From: Candidatus Bathyarchaeum tardum
GTDB taxonomy: Archaea > Thermoproteota > Bathyarchaeia > Bathyarchaeales > Bathyarchaeaceae
Length of the DNA: 64,000 bases
Reading direction: 5' to 3'
Assembly (NCBI GenBank): GCA_024650005.2
Contig: CP122380.1
Location: 2,080,001-2,144,000, forward strand
The position numbers and the translations under genes are program-made. Positions 1 to 9,542 of this stretch are shown one piece after another. Positions within the stretch are counted from its first letter, which is position 1; every line of letters begins with the position of its first letter. The notes under the pieces were generated by a model. That model had not been told where the DNA came from. It ran no database searches and saw only the letters and a list, made by a program, of their open reading frames with translations.

Positions 1-151
1 AAATTTTGTAAACTCTACTGTTCAAAGGTATACTTGCAGCGTATGAACCATGATGGACTGTTGTGTTTTGAGTTGTTGGAGACCCACTCGTATTATCCCA
101 TTGTGAAAAATCTGCAGTTTCAAAACCGTCACAAAAAATATTATTCGCCAT
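1..151 (-). CDS. 5' part of a gene running off the window edge (MANNIFCDGFETADFSQWDNTSGSPTTQ...); possible carbohydrate-binding/lectin-like domain protein
   Basis: ATG at 149-151 with GGAGGTGA RBS; frame open to position 1; IFxDGFExxDFSxW-type motif; not in the ORF track. Confidence 0.6.
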   Translation of the reverse strand, partial: MANNIFCDGFETADFSQWDNTSGSPTTQNTTVHHGSYAASIPLNSRVYKI

Positions 152-345
152 TAATTTTCACCTCCAAAAATACGTAGACTTACATTTAGGGGTATTTCAG
201 GCGTAGTTTTAACAAAAAAACTAAAAGAACTCATATCACTAGATAACAATCTCGTAACTCCAGCAAAATAGCTCATTCTCCACCTAAAATTGAGTGTTGG
301 AGACAACACAGTTTCTTTTGTTGATTGCTTTTCTAACATTTTCAA
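151..345 (-). CDS. small hypothetical protein
   Basis: Stop overlaps the next ATG (TAATG coupling); a conserved promoter-like 30-mer lies just upstream (374-403). Confidence 0.45.
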   Translation of the reverse strand: MKMLEKQSTKETVLSPTLNFRWRMSYFAGVTRLLSSDMSSFSFFVKTTPEIPLNVSLRIFGGEN

Positions 346-373
346 TCAAAATTGTTTTATCATTCAAAATTAG

Positions 374-403
374 TTTAAAGAAGACGAAAGCTTACAGAAA
401 CAC
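374..403 (-). promoter_or_regulatory. conserved 30-bp promoter/operator element, copy 1
   Basis: 26/30 identical to 6480-6509; both lie about 30-40 nt upstream of a minus-strand gene and end in a TTAAA TATA-like box. Confidence 0.55.
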
Positions 404-483
404 CCAACTAACAAAAACAGTTCGAGCTAACAAATCCATAACAATCTAATAAAATGGTTTTACTGAAATTAGTCTCTCTTCTT

Positions 484-560
484 GTCAATTTTTCTTGAGT
501 TGATAGTAAACCAAATGATAAGTTTTTTGTCAATTATTCTTGAGAAAAACCCTTTTTTAT
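484..560 (+). promoter_or_regulatory. twin GTCAA-N6-TTGAG palindromic operators followed by AAAAACCCTTTTTTA BRE/TATA-like block
   Basis: Sites at 484-499 and 529-544 (45-bp spacing); same architecture at 2172-2248 and 25575-25647. Confidence 0.7.
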
Positions 561-582
561 CTCATTAAATAAATATTATGAT

Positions 583-2124
583 ATGACAGTTAAAGTCAAC
601 AATATTTTAAATTCACTTCTTCATGCATTACTGATAACTACACTTGTTTGTTGCTTTACACAAACTACGTCCACGATAGTTTTCGCTCAGCCAGGTTTGG
701 TTGTTGTAATTGATTCTGACACGACATGGACCAAAGCAGACAGCCCCCACGAACTTACTGGACCCTTGTTTGTAAGCCAAGGAGCAACCTTAACCATCGA
801 AGCAGGAGCAACAGTGGACCTTAACGATTACAACGTTCTAGTGAATGGCACGTTACGGGCCATTGGAACAAGCAGTCAAAAAATACAACTAATTAGCACA
901 GGAAAAGCAGGGAGTGAAACAATTGAGTTCACCCAACATAGTAACGGCTGGAACGAAGAAACGGGTTCAGGGTCCACACTAGAAAACGTAGTTACAAACC
1001 ATGTACACATAGACAGCAGCGCCCCCGTAAAGGTTTACAAAAGCGAAATCTATTCAATATATGTTAGCAGTTCGTCAATAATTACGGATAACACAATAAA
1101 GGTCCTCAAAGTTTCTGGTGGTTCGCCCATAATCCAAAACAATGACATTTATGTAATTGATATTGATTCAGGAACTCCAGAAATTTTAGACAACACAATT
1201 GAACGCATTGAGAACGGGGATCATTGCTCTAGCTCTCCTGTAATATCAGGAAACCTGATTACTTCAATAGGTCATTACGGTCCTAAAACAAATGGTGGAG
1301 TTTCATTTCGGGTTTTCCAAGCAAAGTCCATAACGATAACAAATAACACAATTAGACATGGTATCTTTGTTGTTGCAAATTCAGCAGTGATTGCCAACAA
1401 TACCGTAACAGGCTATACTTTTTCAGGATATGAATGGTTCATTGTTGAAGCCAGACCAATCAACATTACATCTCCTGGAATAATTCTTGAAGGCAAGGGC
1501 AATGTTTCAGGCAACATAGTCACAGGATGCAGTCTTGGAATAAAAGGCGGAACATTAATTGAAGGTAACTTGTTGACTAATAACACTGATGGAATAATTG
1601 TCACCCAAAACGATGCAATTGTGCGAAACAACAACATCCAAGCAAATTCAACAGGAATTGAAGCCTTAACTGGTGGAAAAGTAACAATTGAAAATAATCT
1701 GATCAAAGATTGCGACAAATATGGAGTTAACGTCATCACCTCGGAAGCAACAATTCTAAACAACACCATCACAAACGTTGATCAGGTAGCAATAAGGCTC
1801 CTTGAGTGTGGTTCAGCAAAAATCAACTACAACAATATCGAAAACTATGCACAATACAGCATCTACCTAGATGGAACATCAAGCACCATTGACGCCACCA
1901 ACAACTGGTGGGGCACCACAGACACCCAAGCAATCGACGCAACAATTTACGACTTCAAACACGACTTCTACCTAGGCAAAGTAAACATAGAACCAATATT
2001 GACAGAACCAAACCCCAACGCACAACCAAAATACATAATTCCAGAGTTTCCCACATGGACAATTTTGCCTCTGGCAGCAGTAATAATTCTGGTAGCCATA
2101 ATTTTTAAAAAAAAAATCCCGTGA
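583..2124 (+). CDS. right-handed parallel beta-helix (NosD/pectate-lyase-like) cell-surface protein with IPEFP (PEF-CTERM-like) anchor
   Basis: Signal peptide, DTTWTKADSP N-terminal motif, Asn/Ile-rich PbH1 repeats, DATNNWWG motif, IPEFP + TM + KKK tail. Confidence 0.85.
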   Translation: MTVKVNNILNSLLHALLITTLVCCFTQTTSTIVFAQPGLVVVIDSDTTWTKADSPHELTGPLFVSQGATLTIEAGATVDLNDYNVLVNGTLRAIGTSSQKIQLISTGKAGSETIEFTQHSNGWNEETGSGSTLENVVTNHVHIDSSAPVKVYKSEIYSIYVSSSSIITDNTIKVLKVSGGSPIIQNNDIYVIDIDSGTPEILDNTIERIENGDHCSSSPVISGNLITSIGHYGPKTNGGVSFRVFQAKSITITNNTIRHGIFVVANSAVIANNTVTGYTFSGYEWFIVEARPINITSPGIILEGKGNVSGNIVTGCSLGIKGGTLIEGNLLTNNTDGIIVTQNDAIVRNNNIQANSTGIEALTGGKVTIENNLIKDCDKYGVNVITSEATILNNTITNVDQVAIRLLECGSAKINYNNIENYAQYSIYLDGTSSTIDATNNWWGTTDTQAIDATIYDFKHDFYLGKVNIEPILTEPNPNAQPKYIIPEFPTWTILPLAAVIILVAIIFKKKIP

Positions 2125-2145
2125 GGAAAAAATAAATGAAACTGC
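2005..2145 (+). repeat. 141-bp exact direct repeat, copy 1 (C-terminal anchor, stop, intergenic, ATGAAACTGC)
   Basis: Identical to 3846-3986 by direct comparison. Confidence 0.9.
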
Positions 2146-2171
2146 AGCGGGGCACAGTTATTTTTTCTTTC

Positions 2172-2248
2172 GTCAAATTTTCTTGAGCAATAGATAAATC
2201 AAATGATAAGTATTTTGTCAATTTTTCTTGAGAAAAACCCTTTTTTAT
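2172..2248 (+). promoter_or_regulatory. twin GTCAA-N6-TTGAG operators plus BRE/TATA-like block, copy 2
   Basis: Sites at 2172-2187 and 2217-2232; near-duplicate of the promoter at 484-582. Confidence 0.7.
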
Positions 2249-2270
2249 CTCATTAAGTAAATATTATGAT

Positions 2271-3965
2271 ATGACAGTTAAAGTCACCAAAGTTTTAACT
2301 TTAGTTTTTTACGTTTTAATAATAACAATACTTGTATTTGGATTACCTCAAAGGTTAAACTTGAGAGTTTTTGCCCAGCCAAGTTTAGTTGTAGTTATTG
2401 ATTCAGATACTACTTGGGATAAAGCGGATAGCCCTTACGAGCTTACTGGTCCAGTACGTGTAAACAATGGAGCGACGTTGACAATTGAAGCGGGAGTTAC
2501 GATAGATTTTAACAATTATGAAATGCGTGTGGAGGGCACTTTTGTTTGTGGTGGGGATTGGGACCAAGTTTACCTTAATAATGGATTAATTAACCTCACC
2601 ACAACAAGCAATGGCTGGAATCAACAAACAAAGTCGGGCCACATAATCCAAAACACAGTAATGGACAAAATGGATCTTTCCAGCAAAGCCCCAATAAAGA
2701 TAATCAATTGTAATTCTGAAAAATCTGAAATAACAGCAACAGGACCATCAGTGATTCAAGACAACACAATAGGCACCATTTCAATTCACGGGGACGGGGC
2801 ATTGATCCAAAACAACAAAATTGGAACACTAAATGTTCACGAGGGCAACGTGAAGATTTCACATCATATCATTTCATACATCAACTGTAAAGGGGGATCA
2901 CTTGAAATCTCAGACTGCACCATAAAGTCCCTTGATGGATATGGAAAAAATTTCCAAATTTCAAACAACCAAATTGGAAACATTGGTAATTTTTATCCCG
3001 GATCCGCTCAAGGTGCAGGAGTTAATTATTTTGATGTACAATCAGCAGAAATTACCAATAACGTAATCCAGCAAGGTGCCTATGTTTCTGCACACTCAGC
3101 AAAAATTTCAAACAACGTTTTCCAAGGTTACGTCCACGGCAAACAGTTGGTTGGCGGTCATTTTTCAGGTCATTTAGGGGATTGTCCAATTATTGCAGTT
3201 ATTGAAAAGGGCGGATTGTTTGAAGTTTCGTATAACACCCTCACAGGTCATACATACGAATACTCTTACGATACGTATTATATGTGGCGGACAACGGTCA
3301 ACAGAACAACCACAACTTCAGGCATTAATGTTTATGGGGGTTTTGTTACTGTTGCAAACAACACGATTACAGATTGTTCTAGGGGAATATTTGGGGGAAC
3401 CTTGATTGAAGGAAATAATCTGATTAACAATAGGTTTGGAATACAAGTAAATTTCATGGATTCTGAAATTCGAAGCAACACCATAACGAGTGGAGAAAAC
3501 GGAATCAGCGTGACCAATGAGGGGTTTTCGATTATTGAGAACAACGTTATAACTAAACAAACTAGGTCTGGAATCTACGTTCATAGTCATTCAATACAGT
3601 GTAACAATAACACAATAACTAGTTGCCCTGTAGCATTGGAATTAATCAAATGTGATTCTGCTACAATAAATTACAACAATATTGAAGATTACAATAACAG
3701 CATTTACTTAACAGACACGTACGGCACCATCGACGCCACCAACAACTGGTGGGGAACCACAGACACAGAAACAATTGGGTTATCAATACATGACTCCAAA
3801 TATTCCCTAGACTTAGGAACAGTAAACTTCACTCCATTCCTAACCGAACCAAACCCCAACGCACAACCAAAATACATAATTCCAGAGTTTCCCACATGGA
3901 CAATTTTGCCTCTGGCAGCAGTAATAATTCTGGTAGCCATAATTTTTAAAAAAAAAATCCCGTGA
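2271..3965 (+). CDS. parallel beta-helix cell-surface protein with IPEFP anchor (paralog 2)
   Basis: Same N- and C-terminal motifs as 583..2124; divergent central repeats. Confidence 0.85.
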   Translation: MTVKVTKVLTLVFYVLIITILVFGLPQRLNLRVFAQPSLVVVIDSDTTWDKADSPYELTGPVRVNNGATLTIEAGVTIDFNNYEMRVEGTFVCGGDWDQVYLNNGLINLTTTSNGWNQQTKSGHIIQNTVMDKMDLSSKAPIKIINCNSEKSEITATGPSVIQDNTIGTISIHGDGALIQNNKIGTLNVHEGNVKISHHIISYINCKGGSLEISDCTIKSLDGYGKNFQISNNQIGNIGNFYPGSAQGAGVNYFDVQSAEITNNVIQQGAYVSAHSAKISNNVFQGYVHGKQLVGGHFSGHLGDCPIIAVIEKGGLFEVSYNTLTGHTYEYSYDTYYMWRTTVNRTTTTSGINVYGGFVTVANNTITDCSRGIFGGTLIEGNNLINNRFGIQVNFMDSEIRSNTITSGENGISVTNEGFSIIENNVITKQTRSGIYVHSHSIQCNNNTITSCPVALELIKCDSATINYNNIEDYNNSIYLTDTYGTIDATNNWWGTTDTETIGLSIHDSKYSLDLGTVNFTPFLTEPNPNAQPKYIIPEFPTWTILPLAAVIILVAIIFKKKIP

Positions 3966-3986
3966 GGAAAAAATAAATGAAACTGC
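3846..3986 (+). repeat. 141-bp exact direct repeat, copy 2
   Basis: Identical to 2005-2145. Confidence 0.9.
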
Positions 3987-5704
3987 TTTTGGGCACAATT
4001 TTAACGCTAATTATCCTCAGCGGATTAACCTTGTTTGATTCTTCGAAAGCTTTTGCCCAGTCAGGTTTAGTTGTGGTCATCGATTTTGACACTACTTGGA
4101 CAAAAGCAGATAGCCCCCACGAACTTAATGCACCCGTGCTCGTAAATGAAGGAATTATATTAACCATTGAAGCAGGAACAACCGTGAACCTTAATGGATA
4201 TTACATCATGGTGAACGGGACATTACGGTTGTTAGGAAACATCCAAGACAAAATTTTTGTTAACAATGGAAGGATCATATTTACACAATTCAGTAGCAAT
4301 TGGGATGAAAATACAGGTTCAGGAAGCATAATTGAGAATTCAAATCTCGAATCAATTTTTGTAGAAATTAGTTCTGTTTCCCCCAAAATTGTTGGAAATT
4401 CCATTTTGAACCTCACCGTTGGTGGCTCATCGATAGTTAGCAACAATTCGATATTTGGTCCAGTGTATGTTGAATTAAACGCTGAAAAACCAATTTTTTC
4501 CCACAACATAATCCTTGGAGACGTAAATTGTGCTTCAGACGGCTCAAGTGTATTCTCATTTAATACTATTTCAGGGAATCTTCATGTTGGTTTAGGTCCC
4601 CATATAGTTTTAAACAACACCATTTCAGGAGAAGTTTCCTTAAATGATTCTCCCATAATCGCTAATAATACCATTTCAGGTGGAATTAGTGTCAAGAGTG
4701 GCTCCCCAAAAATTGTGAAAAATTACATTTCAGAGGGCATCAACAAAGGTGAAACACTTATGTGGGGAGGAATAAGTTCAGCCCTAATTTCACAAAATTT
4801 TATTTTGGGAGAAGTAAACATTCGCGCGCGTGGGGAAACAACTACCATTTCAAATAATGAAATTTTGGGAAAAATCAGTGTTACTAATGGGAAAATAACA
4901 ATTTCAGGCAATTCAATTACTGGTCAACTTGATATGGTACCAAAAGGTAAAGATCCTGTAATTGAAGTGTCAATAGAAAATAACATGATTATTGGAGAAG
5001 AATATGGAATTTACATAGAACCTGCAGCAGGCTGGCCCCTCCATTTGCATTACACATCTGCCATTATTCAAGGCAACCTAATTAGCGGTTGTTCAAATGC
5101 AGCAATTACTGTTGGTGGGTCACAAATTTATGATGTAGATATAAAGGTTAGCAATGTTGTAAATATTGAAGGAAACATTATCATCAACAACAATATTGGC
5201 ATTACTGGAGAATTAAATGAACCCATAAAAAACAACATAATTGTCAATAACACATACGGGATTGTTGGTGGCTCACTGATTGAATTAAACACAATAGCAA
5301 ACAATACTTATGGAATCAGTGAAGCTAATGAAATTAGAAATAACACAATTATCAACAACTTCATCGGAGTTGAAGGGGACTTTACAACATTTCTTTACAA
5401 CAACATTTACAACAATTCTGAGTATAATTTCCGTTTCATATCATCCAACAATAGAAATGCCACAAACAACTGGTGGGGAACAACAGATACCAACGCAATA
5501 AACCAAACAATTTATGATTATAAATATGATTTCAAATTAGGAAAACTAAATTTCACACCATTTTTAACTGAAGAAAATCCCAACTCAGAACCAAAATACA
5601 CACCACAAATTCCAGAATTTGCCTCATGGACAGTTTTGCCTTTGTTTTTGGGTGTAGCCGTTGTAATTGCGGTATTTAGGGGAAAACTGCTGAAAAGCGA
5701 TTAG
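3977..5704 (+). CDS. parallel beta-helix cell-surface protein with IPEF anchor (paralog 3)
   Basis: DTTWTKADSP and NATNNWWG motifs; IPEFASW + TM + basic tail. Confidence 0.85.
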   Translation: MKLLLGTILTLIILSGLTLFDSSKAFAQSGLVVVIDFDTTWTKADSPHELNAPVLVNEGIILTIEAGTTVNLNGYYIMVNGTLRLLGNIQDKIFVNNGRIIFTQFSSNWDENTGSGSIIENSNLESIFVEISSVSPKIVGNSILNLTVGGSSIVSNNSIFGPVYVELNAEKPIFSHNIILGDVNCASDGSSVFSFNTISGNLHVGLGPHIVLNNTISGEVSLNDSPIIANNTISGGISVKSGSPKIVKNYISEGINKGETLMWGGISSALISQNFILGEVNIRARGETTTISNNEILGKISVTNGKITISGNSITGQLDMVPKGKDPVIEVSIENNMIIGEEYGIYIEPAAGWPLHLHYTSAIIQGNLISGCSNAAITVGGSQIYDVDIKVSNVVNIEGNIIINNNIGITGELNEPIKNNIIVNNTYGIVGGSLIELNTIANNTYGISEANEIRNNTIINNFIGVEGDFTTFLYNNIYNNSEYNFRFISSNNRNATNNWWGTTDTNAINQTIYDYKYDFKLGKLNFTPFLTEENPNSEPKYTPQIPEFASWTVLPLFLGVAVVIAVFRGKLLKSD

Positions 5705-6444
5705 GCGCTGTTGTAATAGAAAGGTACATAACTGTTTTGTATGCTATCAAAGGTCCATGGTTTTTTTGGAATTTTTTTTCCAATTATATGTTCAAGATTG
5801 ATTGTACCATCAAGATAAGTCTTGTAGCCGTAGTAGCGAGCTTGCAGGCAATAGCCAAAATCTTCACTTGCGCCTTCAGGTCTTACAGGATAAAAATTAA
5901 CTCGTTTATCCTGAATTATTTTTCTGCTAAGACAAAGACAACCAGCGGAAGTCATCAAAGTTTCATCTAAAGCACAAGTTACCTTTTTATGAAGAGCATA
6001 ATGTTTTGGATCTCCGGGAACTTGCCATTTTGAAGCCAACCAAACCCCTTCAGGAAATGCCCGCAAGTAGGCTCCGCCAACTATGTCTTTGCCCCAAAAA
6101 GATAGACAATCAATCAATTCTTTGGTTTTAGGATAAACATCACTGTCCAAAAAAATTGCATAATCTGGATCAAAATTCCGTGCAAAAGTCAACAATGTTT
6201 GTCTTACTTGGGCTATGGTGTCATAAGGGCTTTCGCAGATTATTGAAGCGTCTTTTCGGAACCATAATCGGATTACTTCATGGGGGCGTTTAAATTTCCA
6301 AACACGATTTAGAGTGTCGTCATCACTGTTGTTTTCGGCAAAAACATACAAGTCCGGCTGAGGATCAAGTTTGTAAAGAAAACTAAAAAAGGAAGATAAT
6401 TTTTTGGCACAGTTATAAACTGGGATAAGGATCAAATTTTTCAT
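5701..6444 (-). CDS. glycosyltransferase family 2
   Basis: ILIPVYN, NNSDDDT, FLDSD (DxD) and SEDFGYC motifs; ATG at 6444 preferred. Confidence 0.85.
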   Translation of the reverse strand: MKNLILIPVYNCAKKLSSFFSFLYKLDPQPDLYVFAENNSDDDTLNRVWKFKRPHEVIRLWFRKDASIICESPYDTIAQVRQTLLTFARNFDPDYAIFLDSDVYPKTKELIDCLSFWGKDIVGGAYLRAFPEGVWLASKWQVPGDPKHYALHKKVTCALDETLMTSAGCLCLSRKIIQDKRVNFYPVRPEGASEDFGYCLQARYYGYKTYLDGTINLEHIIGKKIPKKPWTFDSIQNSYVPFYYNSA

Positions 6445-6479
6445 CAAACCGACCTGTAACCCATTTTTCAAAATCTTGC

Positions 6480-6509
6480 TTTAAGATAGACGAAAACTTA
6501 CAGAAACAC
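6480..6509 (-). promoter_or_regulatory. conserved 30-bp promoter/operator element, copy 2
   Basis: 26/30 identical to 374-403. Confidence 0.55.
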
Positions 6510-6841
6510 AGAATAGCCAACATATTCAAAGGGACAGATTCAGGATTTTGATATGGCTACCTTGATTTTGTATACTTGCAAACTACTTGTGTTTTACAAT
6601 TATTGTCGTTTTGTTCTACAATTGAATGGAATGATTTATATTATGGAATAAATATTATAATTTAGACTACTTGTGTAAATTATGTATATATTGATTTAAA
6701 ATAACAAATTTACAGGTTTAGCACAAACATGACACCCCTTAAGAAAAAAGACAAAAATTGTTCTTTCATCTTCATTTTCCCAGTTTTCAATAATAAACCA
6801 AATCAAGCAAATAGACATGACCTGAAAGGAACTAAAACATT

Positions 6842-7150
6842 ATGAACCTCAAAAAATTGCTAGCTTCTTCTTGCCGACAAAAAATTATAATGTACCTATC
6901 ACATGTTGGAAAAACTAACATAATGAAACTCGTTCGAGAGACCGGTAGTACATACAATGAAGTTAACCGTAATATACAGCTTCTAGAAAATGAAGGAATA
7001 GCCAAATCCTACCGCATCGGACATCAGCGGATTATTGCTTTGATTTTCACCAACAAAAAAACAGTGATACTACTAGAAGCATTAACAATACTCAACAAAC
7101 TCACTATATGTAATCAATCTAATTGCAAGAACCCAAAAATTGAAACCTAG
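6842..7150 (+). CDS. ArsR-like winged-helix transcriptional regulator
   Basis: RQKII...L, HTH, LLENEGI followed by wing with RIG. Confidence 0.75.
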   Translation: MNLKKLLASSCRQKIIMYLSHVGKTNIMKLVRETGSTYNEVNRNIQLLENEGIAKSYRIGHQRIIALIFTNKKTVILLEALTILNKLTICNQSNCKNPKIET

Positions 7151-7432
7151 ACCAATCAATGTTCATAATTAAAATTTTTAGTTAAAAACTCTAAAATCAA
7201 CCTTTCAGGAACCATGTAAATTATGAAACAAAAAAACGTTAACATAAGTAAACGCATTCCCATTTTTTGATGAACTATAACAAGAAAAAACTGCTTCGAA
7301 TATGACAAAAGAACGAAAAAAGATGAAAAAAAATAACTTATACTTTCATTGAGTTCTCTACTTCTGAAAGTATTCGTCTAGCTTAAAAGTTCTTAATTAC
7401 TTATCCTTATTTCACACAAGGGGGGTTTTCAT

Positions 7433-7762
7433 CTGAATCTTGAAAGACTGATAGCCTCATCGTGCAGGCAAAAAATATTGATAGAACTATCAAAAGTTAA
7501 ATCAATTAACATCATGGCACTTGTACGCAGAACAAACAGCACATACATTGAAGTGAACAGGAACATAAGAATTCTAGAAAAAGAAGACATAATCACAGAC
7601 CAACGTATAGGCCGTATGCGAATCATCAAACTTATTCGAGAAAATCAAAAAACAATATTGCTGTTACAGGCTTTAAAGATACTTACCAAACAACCAACAA
7701 CAAGACCCAGTAAGGACTGTTTTCCTCCCAGTTCCGGACTGCAAATAACAGCTTCATTGTAA
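7433..7762 (+). CDS. ArsR-like winged-helix regulator, paralog of 6842..7150; probable CTG start
   Basis: In-frame upstream extension NLERLIASSCRQKIL aligns to MNLKKLLASSCRQKII; CTG at 7433 follows AAGGGGGG. Confidence 0.7.
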   Translation: MNLERLIASSCRQKILIELSKVKSINIMALVRRTNSTYIEVNRNIRILEKEDIITDQRIGRMRIIKLIRENQKTILLLQALKILTKQPTTRPSKDCFPPSSGLQITASL

Positions 7763-7877
7763 AAATAATCTATAGAATTGCTAATACCTCAACAATTAAC
7801 TAGTTACTCAAAACAGGAGGGAGCTGACAATAGCTGAAAACGTATACAATAAAATACTTCTTGGATTTAATAGAGGA

Positions 7878-8093
7878 TTGCACATAATCAATGCATGTAA
7901 TTCATCCCAAAATCCTAAATCAAGTAGATTTGCCATTTTTTGCGATCAAATCATTGATAGCACTATAGTAGGTGCCATAACAGGAATTTCAGCTTATATC
8001 TCAGCAGGGGAAAGCGCTTCAATCAATTCAGCATTACTAGCCTTTTTGCTTACAATGCTGATAAAAATGAAAGAATATCGAAACATTAAGTAA
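7878..8093 (+). CDS. small two-TM membrane protein (true start may lie upstream near 7824-7830)
   Basis: Two hydrophobic segments and a basic tail; GGAGG RBS at 7816-7820 with the frame open from 7824. Confidence 0.5.
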   Translation: MHIINACNSSQNPKSSRFAIFCDQIIDSTIVGAITGISAYISAGESASINSALLAFLLTMLIKMKEYRNIK

Positions 8094-8370
8094 CACTTTT
8101 TTTCCTAAATTACTAACACAATTATCTCATACATAGTCTCCAAAGAAAAGAAGGTCCTCAGAAAACAAAAATCAAGAATCAAATGGAAAATATTATTGGA
8201 TTTGTATCCTTCTTTTTTCCATTAAATCGACCGCCAAAAAATAAATTCTGGCTAACTCGTCAGCCAAAACATTTTTGATAATTAAACTTTAAAAATATTT
8301 TTTCCAATTTTTTAACACCAAGACATCTTCAATAAGATTAAATACCATCTTTGATTCAGACGATAGAGAC

Positions 8371-8465
8371 GGGCTGGTAGTTCAGTCTGGTATGAACGCT
8401 GCCTTCGCATGTTATATTACAGAAAAAGGCAGAAGCCGCGGGTTCAATTCCCGCCCAGTCCACCA
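8371..8465 (+). tRNA. tRNA-Ala(CGC) with 17-nt intron (8410-8426) at position 37/38; CCA encoded
   Basis: Acceptor GGGCTGG/CCAGTCC with G3:U70; anticodon stem CTGCC/GGCAG; TTCAATT T-loop; relaxed BHB. Confidence 0.92.
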
Positions 8466-8466
8466 A

Positions 8467-9042
8467 CTAAGTTTTGAATGAAGGCGGTTTCAAAGGTTTT
8501 GTTTCATTGGTTTGCAGTCGCCACCAGTTACCAAGCCGAGAGTAGACAATCCGTGCAGGAACAATGTTAATCAGGGCTTGGGTGCCGTTCATTACTCCTA
8601 AGGCAGGTAGGATGCCAACTACTACTGAGATGGGCATTCCGTAGAACACGGGAAGCAAGAAGTAATTGGCTATAGTCATGATTACTGTTCGGGACGTAAC
8701 TGACGCGATGGTTTTGGAAAGGAATCCTTTGCGTATTGCAGCAAAAGCGAGTATTGTTGCTAATTCTGCTATGATTTTAAAGATTCCACCGTAAATATTT
8801 CCACGCAAGAAAATGAAAGAACATCCAATGAGGCAGGTGTATATTGCTCCGATTGGACCAGTGAAAAGTAGACTGATCATCATTGGCATTCCGGTTAGGT
8901 CCCATGAGACTCTGTCGTAAAGGGGAAAAGGAATGTCAAAAGGAGGTCCAGGTATTATTTCAAAGACCCCGCTTAGAGCTGCTAGCATGCTAGCTACTGC
9001 AAGTTTTTTGGTGTCTAATTTGAGCATAAGGGTTTCACCCAA
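8467..9042 (-). CDS. ECF transporter S component
   Basis: About 6 TM segments; LAxxSMLAAL N-terminal motif and DxxxxP motif typical of S components. Confidence 0.75.
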   Translation of the reverse strand: MGETLMLKLDTKKLAVASMLAALSGVFEIIPGPPFDIPFPLYDRVSWDLTGMPMMISLLFTGPIGAIYTCLIGCSFIFLRGNIYGGIFKIIAELATILAFAAIRKGFLSKTIASVTSRTVIMTIANYFLLPVFYGMPISVVVGILPALGVMNGTQALINIVPARIVYSRLGNWWRLQTNETKPLKPPSFKT

Positions 9043-9060
9043 TAATAAAGAAGGGTGTAC

Positions 9061-9118
9061 GCTAAATCATATTTATATTTTTCGAAAAACAATATGTCAT
9101 TTTTGCTAAATCATATTG
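9061..9118. promoter_or_regulatory. putative ArsR-type operator region
   Basis: GCTAAATCATATT twice (9061, 9105); CAATATG-N15-CATATTG inverted repeat; related site at 9446-9463. Confidence 0.5.
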
Positions 9119-9124
9119 ATTGAT

Positions 9125-9424
9125 TTACATCATCTTCTTAACTGCAGCAACACACTGTTTAATCAGCTCAGCATTTTTTAAATAAATAACCCGGGAACGC
9201 CCAACATCATAGACGCCCACTAAGCCACATTCTTCAAGCACCCCAATGTGACGGTAAACTGCAGCATAGTCCTTTTCAATCACTTGAGCTACCGCCTTTA
9301 TATGCAAGGGCCGCTGGGTTTCACTTATTAACTCAATGATTTTGAGTCTTGTTGGACTACCCAAGGCGCTGAATATTGCAGAAACTTGTTGCAGTTGCTT
9401 TTCGTCAATCATAAATAACCACAT
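9125..9424 (-). CDS. ArsR/SmtB family transcriptional regulator
   Basis: FSALGSPTRLKII...YRHIGVLEECGLV motif. Confidence 0.85.
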   Translation of the reverse strand: MWLFMIDEKQLQQVSAIFSALGSPTRLKIIELISETQRPLHIKAVAQVIEKDYAAVYRHIGVLEECGLVGVYDVGRSRVIYLKNAELIKQCVAAVKKMM

Positions 9425-9542
9425 TTATTGTGTATGCATCTAATTTATGACATTTTCGCTAAACATCATTTAGTTGTTACCAAATTGGGTGCAAGCATGA
9501 AAACTGTTTTATTAGTAAAAAGTTAACCTGATTTGACCCAAA

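Noticed and set aside
583-5704. Diversity-generating retroelement explanation for the repeated surface-gene ends
   Set aside because: The repeats are identical rather than adenine-variable, and no reverse transcriptase is present in the window
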